Notes: a model not told the origin generated them from the letters alone. A DNA stretch of 64,000 bases from Candidatus Moraniibacteriota bacterium (GCA_018061645.1 JAGOTT010000001.1:1090-65089), one strand, 5' to 3'. Positions 49,428 through 60,300 are shown, counted from the stretch's first letter. Numbers and translations are program-made.

Positions 49428-52400
49428 ATGGGAACTGGGAGATTGTTCGGTATAGCATCGTTATCTGCGGGAATCATTTTCGCGGTGTTTTTTCTTGTGC
49501 GGGATATCGTTCATGACGAAACCTTTTCGCCTGGGTCGGTGAATATCTCGGCGGCTCCGAGGACGAATGAAGCATCCGCCGGATCCGTGCTTTCGGAGAC
49601 GGATTCGCAGGAAGGTCGATCGGAGACTGCCGGTGATGAGGACTTCCTGCGCCGGTTACTGGGTGTGAGCGGGAACGGTATCGATATCCATATTGACGAG
49701 TTTCCCCGTCACGGCATCGAGGCCGAACACATTGATTCGAACTCCGTCACGAGCCGGACGATTCGCGACCGTACTATCGAGGGTATCGATATCGACAAGG
49801 GAGCTGATCTTGATATCGGTTCTTTGAATGTCTCCGGCGATGTGGATATCGCTGGTATCCTCGAGTCAGGCGGGCTTATCGTGTCCGGCGACGTGGATAT
49901 CCTCGGCGATCTCTCTGCGGTGGGACTCGATATCTCCGGCGATACGACTCTCCAAGGCGATCTCACGGTCGCGGGTTCCATTTCCGGTTCTTTCTCCGGT
50001 TCTTTCGCGCCGACCGGGGATGTGGATATGCTCGGGAATATCATGACGAATATCGGCGATAGCGGAACGGACTTCACTTCGTCCGGAGGTCTCACGCTTG
50101 CCGGTGCTCTCACGCTCACCCCGCTTACTCCGGGGTCGATTCCGTTTATCGGTATCGCAGGCGTCATGAGCCAGGACAACGCGAATCTTTTTTGGGACGA
50201 CACGAGCAATCGGCTGGGTATCGGCACGACAAGCCCCGAGGCAACCCTTGATGTCCGTGGTCCTCTAGGTGTTTTCAGGGATATAACTGGCACAGGCATA
50301 GTCTCTGATTATTATTACGGAGTTGATTATCTAACATCTGTTTTTCAAATAGATGCGAACATTCAATATGGGATAGCCTATGTCGGAGCAGGTAATAATC
50401 ATTATTCAGTATGGCAAGAATATATAAAAACTCGGTCAACTGATGGAACCACCTATGCCATCGTTCACGATGGCGACGAACTCGGAAGATTCAATTTTCA
50501 TGGTGACGACGGGAGTAATTTAGCACAGGGTGCCATGATACAGGTTAGTGTAGATGGAACGCCTGGGGAAGATGATATGCCAGGGAGGATAAAATTTTGG
50601 ACAACACCAGCCGGAGCAAACTTTCCCTTAGAAAGGATGACCATTAAAAGCACTGGCAACGTCGGCATCGGGACAGCGAGTCCGACGACAAAACTTGATG
50701 TTGTAGGAAACATAAGGACAAATGGATATTTCAACGCAGGGGATGTGACAATGTTAAATGGAACTGCGCTCTACAGTGCAAATGCACCAAGTTTTGATAT
50801 TTACGAAAGTAATGCCAGTAGCAAACTATATATATCAGCAAGTGGTGGACTAATCTTGGGGCTAAAAAGTGATGGGACGAATACCGGCAACGTCGGCATC
50901 GGGACGGCGAGCCCATCTACGAAACTTGAAATATCGGGGGATGTTATTGGTAGCGGTGTCGCTTTGACAGTAAAAAATCTGGCAACCAGCGCATCATATG
51001 CACGACTTAATCTGGTTGCAAATGGCAAAACATCAGACATATTCTTTGATGGTTCTGGAGGTTTTATTTCCGGAGGAGGTTTGATTTTCCGCTCGAATGG
51101 AGATCCGCTACATTTTTTCACGGGTTCAAATAATCGAGTTACCATCAACAGTCATGGCAAAGTCGGTATCGGTGACACCACTCCCGACGGACTGCTCGAC
51201 ATCGAACCGACCGGAGCGGCGACTGCCTCCTCCTATGGGATCAATCTCTCGAATCTTACCACTAACGCGACGACCGACGGTGTCAACAAATATGGTGCCT
51301 ACCTCACCTCGACTGGTGCCTGGACCGGAGGTGGCGGTACCGCGACCAACAACTACGGACTCTATGTCGATACTGTTTCCGGCGCAGACAACAACTACGG
51401 AGCCTATATAGCCGGCAACGTCGGTATCGGGACGACAAGTCCGGGGGCGAAGCTGGACGTCAGTGGAAATTTTCAACTTAGTGGAGACCTAGTTATGACC
51501 GGTGTCGCCTCAAAGATCTGGGGGGATACGGATTTCAGTTATTTGCAGTTATATAATGCTTTTGGACAAGGCGAGACACAAATTGGCAATGGACATACGA
51601 ATGGTGGAATAAGATTCTTCACAGCTCCGACAATTGCCAAAACTTATGTTGAAGCAATGAGAATAACGCCAACCGGCAACGTTGGTATCGGAACGACAAA
51701 TCCGGGGACTGCTTTAGATGTTGGTTCGGGTAATATACAAACTACAGGAACAATTAAAGGCGTATCGTTAATCGCTAACGGGACAAGCAATTTCAAACTT
51801 GTTACTGCAAACGCCCCTGCTTCTTGGAGTGGAAATGGTCCAGCCGGAGTGCTACAGCTTCAAGATATTAACGGAAATTACAGCACTACGATCAATTCCA
51901 ACTCAAGAGGATTGCAAACACTCGGATTGTATGTGGATGGCCTTGGCGTTAATAATTATATTGCAGGCAACGTCGGTATCGGCACGACGAGCCCAGGTTC
52001 AAAACTTTCGTTTGTGGCGGATACGATCGCGGCTGGCGGAATAACTTTTGGAAGTGATACCAATCTGTACCGCTCCTCCGCTGATATCCTTAAGACGGAT
52101 GACACTCTTTCGGTCGGAACGCAGTTGCTTACGAATGTGGTGAAGAAACTCGACAGCTCAAAATTCATGCTTGTCGGGAGCGGGAGTGATTTGTATGTAG
52201 GCGGAAGCAGCGGCGTGGGTCAATATGCGAACGCTATTTTTGATATATCCGGCAATGTTGGTATCGGCACGACAAGTCCATCGTATAAGCTTGATGTTGC
52301 AGGGTCGATTCGCACCGCATCGGGACAAGGAATATTTACCGGACTGTCAGCGTTAGCTCAAAATGCCAATGGTCTTATTGTGTTTGGTGGTGATAATGGT

Positions 52401-54035
52401 GGCACCGTGTACGCGAGGGGCGATGTCGCTGGCGCAGACAATAACTTAAATTTGCAAGCCTTTGATGATATTAATTTTGATACGTTTCCGAGCGGTTCTC
52501 CTGTGACTGGTATGGTCATAAAAAAGACCGGCAACGTCGGTATCGGGACGACGAGTCCGACGGCGTTATTGGATTTAAACTCAACAAATGGCGGTGATAC
52601 TGATATATTAAGAATTTCAAATCCTTCGGCAAGCGCCGGATCTATTTATGGATTAGCTTGGCGAGATACCGCAAATAACAAGACGTATGCTCGTATCGCC
52701 TCATCATACGGTGCTTCATATGTCAATTCCTATTTGTCCTTAAGCGTGGCGGATAGTACGGAGACGCTACAGGAAAGAATGAGAATTGATAAATCTGGCA
52801 ATGTCGGTATCGGCACGACAAGTCCGAGTGAAAAACTGGATGTAAATGGTCACATTAAGGTTAATAACTATATCAAGCTGGGTAATAATACGGGTGGTTT
52901 CGTTGATCCAAACGGAAATCCTTTCTTATATACGACTTCAAGCGGTCTCGAAACACGAGTAAATGCCTATTATACAGGCGGGTTTGTTTCACTTTATTCC
53001 GGTTCCCCGAATGCGGAAAGGATGAGAGTGACAAGCGCAGGCAACGTCGGTATCGGCACGACGAATCAATTCGGCTCCGGTTCCGGCGTGCTCGCGCTCG
53101 GCAATGCCACGACCAACCCGACCACGACCCTTACGAACGCCGCGCTCCTCTATGCTACCGGAGGGGAGATGTATGTCTACGACGCGGCGGGAAACGCGAC
53201 GCAGATCTCCCCGCATGATGATATGGGGTTGTGGCACTACAACTCCACGAACACGAGAATGGGGAAGACGCTCGAGGTGAGCATGGAGCTCCTTACTAAG
53301 GATCTCGATCGGATTCTCGGCGGCGGATACGTGTACGAGAACGGTGATCGTCTGTTCTCCGGAGAGAACCGGATCGATTCGCTCTCGCTTCGGACCGACG
53401 AATATGCGACGACCCTTGGTGCGTTCCGGGCATCCGTCGATGAGAATCTCCTTTCCGTGAGTGCGAGTCTGTCGGACTCCGGAAAGGATATTGACGAGCT
53501 TACCGAAAAGATCGAAGGCCTCGACGCAAAGATGGCGAGCACAGAGGAAAGCCTCGAAGATCGGATCGTCGTACTCGAGAACGGCGTGACGTCCCGAGAC
53601 ACGCAAATTTCCGCACTCATGGATTTCTATTCCGCACTCGACCTGGGGAACGTGCTTTTGCTTGATATCGACGGGAACCTCACGATTCCGTCAGGAGACC
53701 TCCTGATCCGGAATATCGAAGCACAGGGGACGATCCGTGCCGAGGACGTGGAGGCGGAAGACGGTATCACTGCCGGAGGCATCGTCGCGGGCGCCGCTAT
53801 CGCCGCGGGGGAGGAATCTTCCGGATCCGGGACGCTCAAGGCGGGGGACGACAGGACCGTCATCGATACGGAGTATGCCAACGAAGACGCCAAGATATTC
53901 ATCACGATCAAGGGTTCCCCACACGGGAAATCCCTTTATGTCGATGATATCGAGGAGGGCGAGAGCTTCACGGTGAAAGTGGACGGAGATGTCTCCGACA
54001 AGGATATCGATTTCTTCTGGTTCGTGCTTCGGTAG
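49428..54035 (+). CDS. Giant cell-surface protein with about 10 tail-fibre-like GNVGIGTTSP(S/G)xKLDV repeats and C-terminal coiled-coil/beta domain
   Basis: 1535 aa. N-terminal anchor FGIASLSAGIIFAVFFLV. The repeat motif is characteristic of phage tail-fibre and bacterial fibrous adhesin repeats. Confidence 0.8.
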   Translation: MGTGRLFGIASLSAGIIFAVFFLVRDIVHDETFSPGSVNISAAPRTNEASAGSVLSETDSQEGRSETAGDEDFLRRLLGVSGNGIDIHIDEFPRHGIEAEHIDSNSVTSRTIRDRTIEGIDIDKGADLDIGSLNVSGDVDIAGILESGGLIVSGDVDILGDLSAVGLDISGDTTLQGDLTVAGSISGSFSGSFAPTGDVDMLGNIMTNIGDSGTDFTSSGGLTLAGALTLTPLTPGSIPFIGIAGVMSQDNANLFWDDTSNRLGIGTTSPEATLDVRGPLGVFRDITGTGIVSDYYYGVDYLTSVFQIDANIQYGIAYVGAGNNHYSVWQEYIKTRSTDGTTYAIVHDGDELGRFNFHGDDGSNLAQGAMIQVSVDGTPGEDDMPGRIKFWTTPAGANFPLERMTIKSTGNVGIGTASPTTKLDVVGNIRTNGYFNAGDVTMLNGTALYSANAPSFDIYESNASSKLYISASGGLILGLKSDGTNTGNVGIGTASPSTKLEISGDVIGSGVALTVKNLATSASYARLNLVANGKTSDIFFDGSGGFISGGGLIFRSNGDPLHFFTGSNNRVTINSHGKVGIGDTTPDGLLDIEPTGAATASSYGINLSNLTTNATTDGVNKYGAYLTSTGAWTGGGGTATNNYGLYVDTVSGADNNYGAYIAGNVGIGTTSPGAKLDVSGNFQLSGDLVMTGVASKIWGDTDFSYLQLYNAFGQGETQIGNGHTNGGIRFFTAPTIAKTYVEAMRITPTGNVGIGTTNPGTALDVGSGNIQTTGTIKGVSLIANGTSNFKLVTANAPASWSGNGPAGVLQLQDINGNYSTTINSNSRGLQTLGLYVDGLGVNNYIAGNVGIGTTSPGSKLSFVADTIAAGGITFGSDTNLYRSSADILKTDDTLSVGTQLLTNVVKKLDSSKFMLVGSGSDLYVGGSSGVGQYANAIFDISGNVGIGTTSPSYKLDVAGSIRTASGQGIFTGLSALAQNANGLIVFGGDNGGTVYARGDVAGADNNLNLQAFDDINFDTFPSGSPVTGMVIKKTGNVGIGTTSPTALLDLNSTNGGDTDILRISNPSASAGSIYGLAWRDTANNKTYARIASSYGASYVNSYLSLSVADSTETLQERMRIDKSGNVGIGTTSPSEKLDVNGHIKVNNYIKLGNNTGGFVDPNGNPFLYTTSSGLETRVNAYYTGGFVSLYSGSPNAERMRVTSAGNVGIGTTNQFGSGSGVLALGNATTNPTTTLTNAALLYATGGEMYVYDAAGNATQISPHDDMGLWHYNSTNTRMGKTLEVSMELLTKDLDRILGGGYVYENGDRLFSGENRIDSLSLRTDEYATTLGAFRASVDENLLSVSASLSDSGKDIDELTEKIEGLDAKMASTEESLEDRIVVLENGVTSRDTQISALMDFYSALDLGNVLLLDIDGNLTIPSGDLLIRNIEAQGTIRAEDVEAEDGITAGGIVAGAAIAAGEESSGSGTLKAGDDRTVIDTEYANEDAKIFITIKGSPHGKSLYVDDIEEGESFTVKVDGDVSDKDIDFFWFVLR

Positions 54036-54063
54036 CTCTCTTTCGCTTGATCCGTATCTTGTC

Positions 54064-54097
54064 GAGTTACGTAACCGGTTACGTAACTCTTTTTTTG
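54064..54097 (+). terminator. Perfect 26-bp palindrome plus T-run (GAGTTACGTAACCGGTTACGTAACTC TTTTTTTG)
   Basis: Immediately downstream of the giant gene. Confidence 0.65.
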
Positions 54098-54106
54098 TAA
54101 CAAATG

Positions 54107-54142
54107 AGAAAAAGAAAAAGCCGACCCAGGGTTCGGATCGGC
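54107..54142 (-). terminator. Minus-strand rho-independent terminator (GCCGATCCGAACCCTGGGTCGGC followed by TTTTTCTTTTTC on the minus strand)
   Basis: Supports a minus-strand gene ending near 54159. Confidence 0.5.
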
Positions 54143-54158
54143 GAAAGCGATGGTTCCA

Positions 54159-54530
54159 TTACCCGATGGTCTCGATCTTGGTGATCGGGTCGGCGAAAGT
54201 CCGGGAAAAATAAGGATTCCGCCCATCGGGATCGCAGATGAAATTCCATTGCGTGCTATCCAGCCGGAACCCTGCCAGAATCCAGGTGACTGGTCGGTGT
54301 CCATACCATCCGGAAGGACGCCGCGTGTCATCGCCGGTCGTGTATCCGTCCGGATAACACGCGATATCGGTCCAGCCTTCCTGCCAGGCGCGGTGGACGG
54401 GGTGTGGTGCCTCGCGGAGCATCTGCGAGATTTTCTGGATGAGAGCGAATTTTTCATGTCGTACGAAATCTCTTTCCGTTCGCATCGATTTTCTCCTTGT
54501 GAAGGGGCGAAGACGACGAAATGGTGCCAT
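54159..54530 (-). CDS. Hypothetical protein
   Basis: 123 aa. Minus strand chosen over the overlapping plus-strand ORF because of the terminator orientation. No motif. Confidence 0.35.
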   Translation of the reverse strand: MAPFRRLRPFTRRKSMRTERDFVRHEKFALIQKISQMLREAPHPVHRAWQEGWTDIACYPDGYTTGDDTRRPSGWYGHRPVTWILAGFRLDSTQWNFICDPDGRNPYFSRTFADPITKIETIG

Positions 54531-54683
54531 TCCAAGGGGAAACTGTCAATTTTTTTCTGGCACTCTCAACATGAGATTGCCAACTTTTTCATTTTATGAT
54601 AACTTGAAGACAAGCGAGTCAGTCAAGTTCTTAAAGTCCATCAGGTTCGTAAAGTTTGAGACAGACCTCTTGTCTTTGCGGGC

Positions 54684-54719
54684 TTTATGAACTTTATAAA
54701 CTTGAAAAACTTTATAAAC
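54684..54719 (+). promoter_or_regulatory. 12-bp direct repeat AACTTTATAAAC x2 (6-nt gap) upstream of clpB; candidate promoter/operator
   Basis: Copies at 54690-54701 and 54708-54719, with a partial third copy upstream. Lies 9-45 nt upstream of the clpB ATG. Confidence 0.3.
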
Positions 54720-54727
54720 TCATTTGT

Positions 54728-57343
54728 ATGAATATCAATATCTTCACGCAGAAAAGCCAGGAAGCCCTGCGGCGGGCGCAGGAGAACGCGATGTCGCGGG
54801 GGAACCCGGAAATCCGTCCGGAGCATCTTCTCTACGCGCTTCTCATCCAGGAGGATTCCATCGTGCCGTCCGTGCTCGCGGCGATCGATGCGGACATTGA
54901 ACACCTGAAAGGAGGGGTGCTCGGCGCGATCGACGTCTTGCCCAAAGGTTCCGCCGGAGCACCGGGACAGACGTTCGTCGCGCCGTCGACCGCGAAGATC
55001 CTCGAGGCCGCGGAAAAGGAGATGGCGAAGATGGGCGATCGGTTCGTCTCGACCGAACATCTCCTCCTCGCGTTCCTCTCCGAGGCGGGATCGATGAAGG
55101 ACGCTCTCGGGAAGGTGGGAGCGACGTATGATGCCGTTCTCAAGGCGCTCTCGAAGCTTCGCGGATCCGCGCGGGTCGAGAGCGATACGCCCGAGGCATC
55201 GTACCAGGCACTCGAAAAGTATACGCTCAATCTCACGAAGCTCGCCCGCGAAGAGAAGCTCGACCCGGTCATCGGTCGCGACGAGGAGATCCGTCGGGTG
55301 ATGCAGGTCCTTTCGCGGCGGACGAAAAACAACCCGGTACTCATCGGCGAGGCGGGGACGGGAAAGACCGCCATCGCGGAGGGGCTCGCTCAGAGGATCG
55401 TCTCAGGCGACGTGCCGGAGACGCTCAAAGGGAAGGAAATCATCTCGCTCGACCTCGGAGCGCTCCTCGCGGGGGCGAAGTTCCGCGGGGAGTTCGAGGA
55501 GCGGCTCAAGGCGATCCTGAAGGAAGTGGAGTCGTCCGCGGATCGTTTCATCCTCTTCATCGACGAGATCCATACGCTCGTCGGCGCCGGGGCGACCGAG
55601 GGCGCGCTCGATGCGTCGAACATGCTCAAGCCCGCCTTGGCCCGGGGGAAGCTCCGTACCATCGGCGCGACGACGACCCGGGAATATCAGAAATACATCG
55701 AGAAGGACGCAGCGTTCGAGCGGCGGTTCCAGCCGGTGTATGTCTCCGAGCCGTCCGAGGACGACGCGCTCGCGATTCTTCGCGGCATCAAGGAGAAATA
55801 CGAATTGCATCACGGCGTGCGCATCGAGGACGACGCGCTTTCCGCCGCAGTGAAGCTTTCGAAGCGGTACATCACCGAGCGGTTTTTGCCGGACAAGGCG
55901 ATCGACCTCGTCGATGAGGCGGCGTCCCTGCGGAAGATGGAGATCGACTCCATGCCGACGGAACTCGATGCGCTCGAGCGGAGCATACGGCGGATGGAGA
56001 TCGAGAAACGCGCGCTCGAGAAGGACGATGACGTGAAATCGAAGAAAAAAGCCGGGGAGATCGATCGCGAACTCGCCGAACTTCGTGAGAAATCGGGGAA
56101 GCTTTCCGTCCAATGGAAAGGGGAGCGGGACCTGATCCAGGGACTCCGGAAGCACAAGGAGGAGATCGACCGGCTCCGCGGTCAGGCGGACGCCGCCGAG
56201 CGCGAGGGAAAACTTGACCTGGTCGCCGAAATCCGATATGGACGTATCCCGGAGACCGAGAAACTGCTCTCGACCGAAGGAAAGAAGCTCGCGAAGCTCC
56301 AGAAACAGGGATCCATCCTGCACGAGGAGATCACGGAGGAGGATATCGCGGCAGTCGTCTCGAAGTGGACCGGCGTCCCCGTCTCGAAGATGCTCGAGCG
56401 TGAGTCCGGAAAGCTCATCGCGATGGAAGATGAGCTCGGCAAGCGGGTCGTCGGCCAGTCCGATGCGATCCGGGCAGTGTCGAACGCGATCCGTCGGAGC
56501 CGCGCGGGTCTCGGGGAGGAGGGCCGTCCGATCGGCTCGTTCATCTTCCTCGGATCGACCGGCGTCGGGAAGACCGAACTCGCGAAGGCGCTCGCTGCGT
56601 TCCTGTTCGACGACGAGCGTTCGCTCGTCCGGGTGGACATGAGCGAATTCATGGAATCGCATTCGACTGCGAAGCTCATCGGATCGCCGCCGGGGTATGT
56701 CGGATACGATGAAGGGGGACAGCTTACGGAAAAGATCCGTCGCCGCCCGTACGCGGTCATCCTGTTCGACGAGATCGAGAAGGCGCACAGGGATGTTTCG
56801 AACATACTTCTGCAGATCCTCGACGATGGCCGGCTCACCGACGCGAAGGGGCGGACGGTATCGTTCAAGAACACGGTCATCATCATGACATCGAACGTCG
56901 GTTCGGACGTTCTCGCCAGAGCGGACGATCTCGGGTTCCGGGCGACGAAACGGAAAGGAGAGGAACTTCGGGAAGACGAGATGCGGACCAAGGTGATGGC
57001 GAGTCTCAAGGAATCGTTCCGGCCCGAATTTTTGAACCGCATCGACGAGATCGTCATCTTCCATCCGCTCGGGCGGGATATGATCCGCAGGATCGTCGAT
57101 ATCCAACTCGCGCTCGTTTCGGAACGGCTCTCAGTGAAGGAGATTTCCGTGGAGTTTTCCGAAGCGCTCCGGGAAGAGCTCGCGAAACGGGGGTTCGACC
57201 CGTTCTATGGTGCGCGACCTTTGAAGCGTGTCATCCAAAACGAGATACTCGATCCGCTTGCGCTCGAAATCATCGAAGGGAAGGCGGTTCCCGGGAAACC
57301 GATCGTTGTCGACGTGAAGAAAGGAAAAATCGTGTTCGGATGA
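54728..57343 (+). CDS. clpB: Chaperone ClpB (two AAA+ modules)
   Basis: Internal Met start [14 protein letters not shown]. Walker [16 protein letters not shown] and [14 protein letters not shown], plus middle coiled coil. Confidence 0.95.
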   Translation: MNINIFTQKSQEALRRAQENAMSRGNPEIRPEHLLYALLIQEDSIVPSVLAAIDADIEHLKGGVLGAIDVLPKGSAGAPGQTFVAPSTAKILEAAEKEMAKMGDRFVSTEHLLLAFLSEAGSMKDALGKVGATYDAVLKALSKLRGSARVESDTPEASYQALEKYTLNLTKLAREEKLDPVIGRDEEIRRVMQVLSRRTKNNPVLIGEAGTGKTAIAEGLAQRIVSGDVPETLKGKEIISLDLGALLAGAKFRGEFEERLKAILKEVESSADRFILFIDEIHTLVGAGATEGALDASNMLKPALARGKLRTIGATTTREYQKYIEKDAAFERRFQPVYVSEPSEDDALAILRGIKEKYELHHGVRIEDDALSAAVKLSKRYITERFLPDKAIDLVDEAASLRKMEIDSMPTELDALERSIRRMEIEKRALEKDDDVKSKKKAGEIDRELAELREKSGKLSVQWKGERDLIQGLRKHKEEIDRLRGQADAAEREGKLDLVAEIRYGRIPETEKLLSTEGKKLAKLQKQGSILHEEITEEDIAAVVSKWTGVPVSKMLERESGKLIAMEDELGKRVVGQSDAIRAVSNAIRRSRAGLGEEGRPIGSFIFLGSTGVGKTELAKALAAFLFDDERSLVRVDMSEFMESHSTAKLIGSPPGYVGYDEGGQLTEKIRRRPYAVILFDEIEKAHRDVSNILLQILDDGRLTDAKGRTVSFKNTVIIMTSNVGSDVLARADDLGFRATKRKGEELREDEMRTKVMASLKESFRPEFLNRIDEIVIFHPLGRDMIRRIVDIQLALVSERLSVKEISVEFSEALREELAKRGFDPFYGARPLKRVIQNEILDPLALEIIEGKAVPGKPIVVDVKKGKIVFG

Positions 57344-57410
57344 TGGGATATTGACGTATCGCCGAAGAAGTCATAGAGTTCGGGCAGTCCCTTTACCTGA
57401 GGAGAGTGTC

Positions 57411-57755
57411 ATGATGAAGGAATCGATTCCGGTGGTATTCCCTACCGGTGACGTGTTGGGCATGTATCTCGGAAATGGACATTTTTCCGTGACGCGTTTC
57501 AAGCGGATATTCCGGAACAGAGCCAGAAAAGTCCTTTCCGACCGGTATCGGGAGCTTCACGGGACGAGTATCGAGATCGGACGCGTGGCCGTGCGGGATA
57601 TCGACAGGATGATACCCAGGGACTTTCTGCTCGACGTCTCCTGCGTGTCCGGTGGGAAGACTCTGTGGCGACAGACATTCCGGTATGTCTTCAGCGATCC
57701 CGGAAAGAGCCTGCGCGGTTTCCTGATTCCCGGTCGGAGGCGTTATGCGGAATGA
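57411..57755 (+). CDS. Hypothetical small protein
   Basis: GGAG RBS before ATG. Preferred over the antisense ORF 57393-58022. Confidence 0.3.
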   Translation: MMKESIPVVFPTGDVLGMYLGNGHFSVTRFKRIFRNRARKVLSDRYRELHGTSIEIGRVAVRDIDRMIPRDFLLDVSCVSGGKTLWRQTFRYVFSDPGKSLRGFLIPGRRRYAE

Positions 57756-57789
57756 TGATCGGTATTTTCGGGCGGCGTGAGAAAATCTC

Positions 57790-58623
57790 ATGACCGCCCT
57801 TTCGTATCGCTTGAAAGGAATTCTCCGAACTGGTAAGCTCGAAGCGGTATATATTTCCTCTGCGCCCATGCTGTTCCATTTCTCCATATTCTTCTGGTCG
57901 GTCGCGTTCTTCTTCGGAATGTGGTCGGTCGCGTCCGACGACAGTATCCCGTTCTGGAGCGGATATCTGTTCTCGATCGGTGCGTTGTCCGTCATTTCAC
58001 TTGTCTCCGCGAAGCGCATCACGAAACGTCTCCGAAACAGCTTCGTGCCGCTTCTCCTGTCGTTTTCCGCACCGTCACTCCTTTCACTTATCGACGCCCC
58101 CGGAGAAAAATTCGCGTTCTCGCTTCTCGCCGCCCTGATGTTCTATGTCGCGTTCCTCGCGCTCTATCGGCTTCGCTTCGCTCCGACGGACCGGACGGCG
58201 AGATCGTTTCTCTCGATAGCCGGACTCGCTTCACTCTTCTTCTTTTATGCCGCGGCGTACGGGTTTTACCTCAATTTTTCCGTACCACTCGCATCATTGG
58301 TCGCCGTCTTCGCGATCGGCTCGTTCGGTGCCGCCTATCAGACGCTTTTCCCGATTCTCCCGAAGCATCGGACCAGGGTCGCGCTGTATTCGTCGGTGAT
58401 CGCCTTCGGTATGGGGGAGATATCATGGATGCTTTCCTTCTGGCCGTTCGGATATCTGACCGCGGGTTCCGCCGCGCTCGGATTCTTCTTCATTCTCTGG
58501 GATATGGCGGGGTCGCTTTTTTCGGGGACGCTTTCACGGAAAAGGACGATCGTATATCTCATCAGCGTGCTTGCGCTCGTCGGCCTGCTTGTCGGGACAT
58601 CCCCGTGGGATATCCGCGCATGA
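57790..58623 (+). CDS. Polytopic membrane protein (hypothetical)
   Basis: 277 aa with about 8 hydrophobic segments. Confidence 0.5.
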   Translation: MTALSYRLKGILRTGKLEAVYISSAPMLFHFSIFFWSVAFFFGMWSVASDDSIPFWSGYLFSIGALSVISLVSAKRITKRLRNSFVPLLLSFSAPSLLSLIDAPGEKFAFSLLAALMFYVAFLALYRLRFAPTDRTARSFLSIAGLASLFFFYAAAYGFYLNFSVPLASLVAVFAIGSFGAAYQTLFPILPKHRTRVALYSSVIAFGMGEISWMLSFWPFGYLTAGSAALGFFFILWDMAGSLFSGTLSRKRTIVYLISVLALVGLLVGTSPWDIRA

Positions 58624-58654
58624 CGGCCGGAAAAACTTCGGATCCTTGTCTTAA

Positions 58655-59878
58655 ATGTCGAAATATGGTATCCCTCTCTTGGAGGATTTTTTCTTTTTTT
58701 CTATGGAATTCGTCAAAAAAACGCTTCGGATCGGGCTTATCGTGATATTCGTCTTTCTGATCGGCGGTGTCGGCGGATTGTTCGTGCGCGAGCGTATCGT
58801 GCCCTCACTTTTGGCATCATTCCCGTCGCTTTCCCGCGTGCCGATGTTTCAAAATATCGCCGGGAACGTGACGGTCATCGAAAAGACCGAACAGTTGGTC
58901 GTTCGCGAGGATGCTTCCGTCGATGCGATTGTTTCCCAACCGTCGACCGCGGTCGTGAATATCATCGCTTCGGAAGCCGGAAAAGAAACCGCGGCGCTGT
59001 TTCAGCCGGGGAAAAGTCGGACGGGCGTGCTTCTTACGAACGATGGATTGATCGTGACATATGGAAACCCGTTCGCTGATTTCCGTCCCGCGAAAGAAGT
59101 CCTTATTTATAGGGCGCTTCTTTTCGACGGGACAAGCCATGAAGCGAAGCTCATCGGCGAGGACCCGCTTACGGATCTTTCATTTTTCCGTATCGACGGA
59201 GGAAATTTTCCCGCCATCGCGCTCGCGGATTCCGATGACTCCCGCCCGGGAACCAAGCTTGTCGCGATCGGGAATTCCTTCGAGGAATATCAGAACCGAT
59301 TCTCCATCGGCGTGCTTTCCCATCGGAACAAAACCTTCAATCTTTCCGGAAAGACCGTAGCCTCGACCGAGAAGTGGGAAGGCGTCCTCGAGATGGATCT
59401 CGCGAATGCGGGGGAGTATGTCGGCGGTCCGGCGGTGAATTTCCGGAGCGAGATGGTCGGTCTGTTCGGAAATCAGACGATCGACGGGAAGGAGACCTCT
59501 TTTCTCCTGCCGTCGAACACCGTCCGTGATGCGCTCCGGCTTGCGACCGAAGGTGCGCTCGACAAGCGGCCGTCTCTCGGCGCATATTATCTGACACTCA
59601 CGAAGGCATCCGCGTTCGGTTCCGGCGCCGAGGCCCGTGACCGTGGCGCGCTCATCTATTCGCCGTCCGGCAGGACCGGACTCGCCGTGCTTTCCGGCTC
59701 GTCCGCCGAAGAGGCTGGCCTCCGGGTCGGGGACGTGATCACGATGGTCGGCGGCCGGGAAGTGAATCTCGACAACCCGCTTTCGGTCGCGCTCGGACGG
59801 TTCCGGAAAGGCGATATGGCTGAACTTACGGTCGTCCGTTCCGGTAAAGAAATCCTGGTATCTGTAACACTGGAGTAG
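58655..59878 (+). CDS. HtrA-like trypsin-fold + PDZ protein, probably catalytically inactive
   Basis: N-terminal TM, trypsin-fold-like region, C-terminal PDZ. His and Ser motifs degenerate (TYGN and EYVGGPAV in place of HV and GNSGGP). Confidence 0.45.
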   Translation: MSKYGIPLLEDFFFFSMEFVKKTLRIGLIVIFVFLIGGVGGLFVRERIVPSLLASFPSLSRVPMFQNIAGNVTVIEKTEQLVVREDASVDAIVSQPSTAVVNIIASEAGKETAALFQPGKSRTGVLLTNDGLIVTYGNPFADFRPAKEVLIYRALLFDGTSHEAKLIGEDPLTDLSFFRIDGGNFPAIALADSDDSRPGTKLVAIGNSFEEYQNRFSIGVLSHRNKTFNLSGKTVASTEKWEGVLEMDLANAGEYVGGPAVNFRSEMVGLFGNQTIDGKETSFLLPSNTVRDALRLATEGALDKRPSLGAYYLTLTKASAFGSGAEARDRGALIYSPSGRTGLAVLSGSSAEEAGLRVGDVITMVGGREVNLDNPLSVALGRFRKGDMAELTVVRSGKEILVSVTLE

Positions 59879-59946
59879 CGGTATTGACGGAAATATCATT
59901 ACATGATATAATACTTGGTCGAAGTTTTTTTAAAAAAGGAGGCTCC

Positions 59947-60210
59947 ATGAGCCATGTTACTATATTGTACCGGAAGTATGGCGATCACGCTTCCGGGTCC
60001 GTCGTATCAAAAAACGGCGGAAACGAGAAGGAGATCATCCGTATTTTGGATGAATTTCTTCGGCGCTGGTGCAAGAAGCGCTGTTTCGGGGAACATGGGA
60101 TGCCAATATTTTTCGATGTTCCTGTTGCCGTCAAGGGACGACGTCTGATATGTCGGCTGTCTGCGGCATTCAGACGGGCGGGCTTCGAAGTTTCTCTCAA
60201 GCACACGTGA
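59947..60210 (+). CDS. Hypothetical small protein
   Basis: Strong RBS AAGGAGG 6 nt upstream of the ATG. Confidence 0.35.
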   Translation: MSHVTILYRKYGDHASGSVVSKNGGNEKEIIRILDEFLRRWCKKRCFGEHGMPIFFDVPVAVKGRRLICRLSAAFRRAGFEVSLKHT

Positions 60211-60300
60211 CGGGAAGGAGTGCTCCTTCCCGTTTTTTCTTTGCCAGGAAGCAGGAAATCGGATACTATGAAAAGGATTTTAGCGATAACCGAAGAAAAT

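Noticed and set aside
49428-54035. Prophage (tail fibre gene)
   Set aside because: No capsid, terminase, portal, integrase or lysis genes nearby. Flanked by htrA and clpB. N-terminal membrane anchor fits a cellular surface protein.
54150-54599. 149-aa plus-strand ORF overlapping 54159-54530
   Set aside because: Terminator orientation (hairpin followed by T-run on the minus strand at 54107-54142) supports the minus-strand gene. Plus-strand product is low-complexity.
57393-58022. 209-aa minus-strand ORF
   Set aside because: Overlaps two plus-strand genes with better signals (RBS; membrane-protein profile). Likely spurious.
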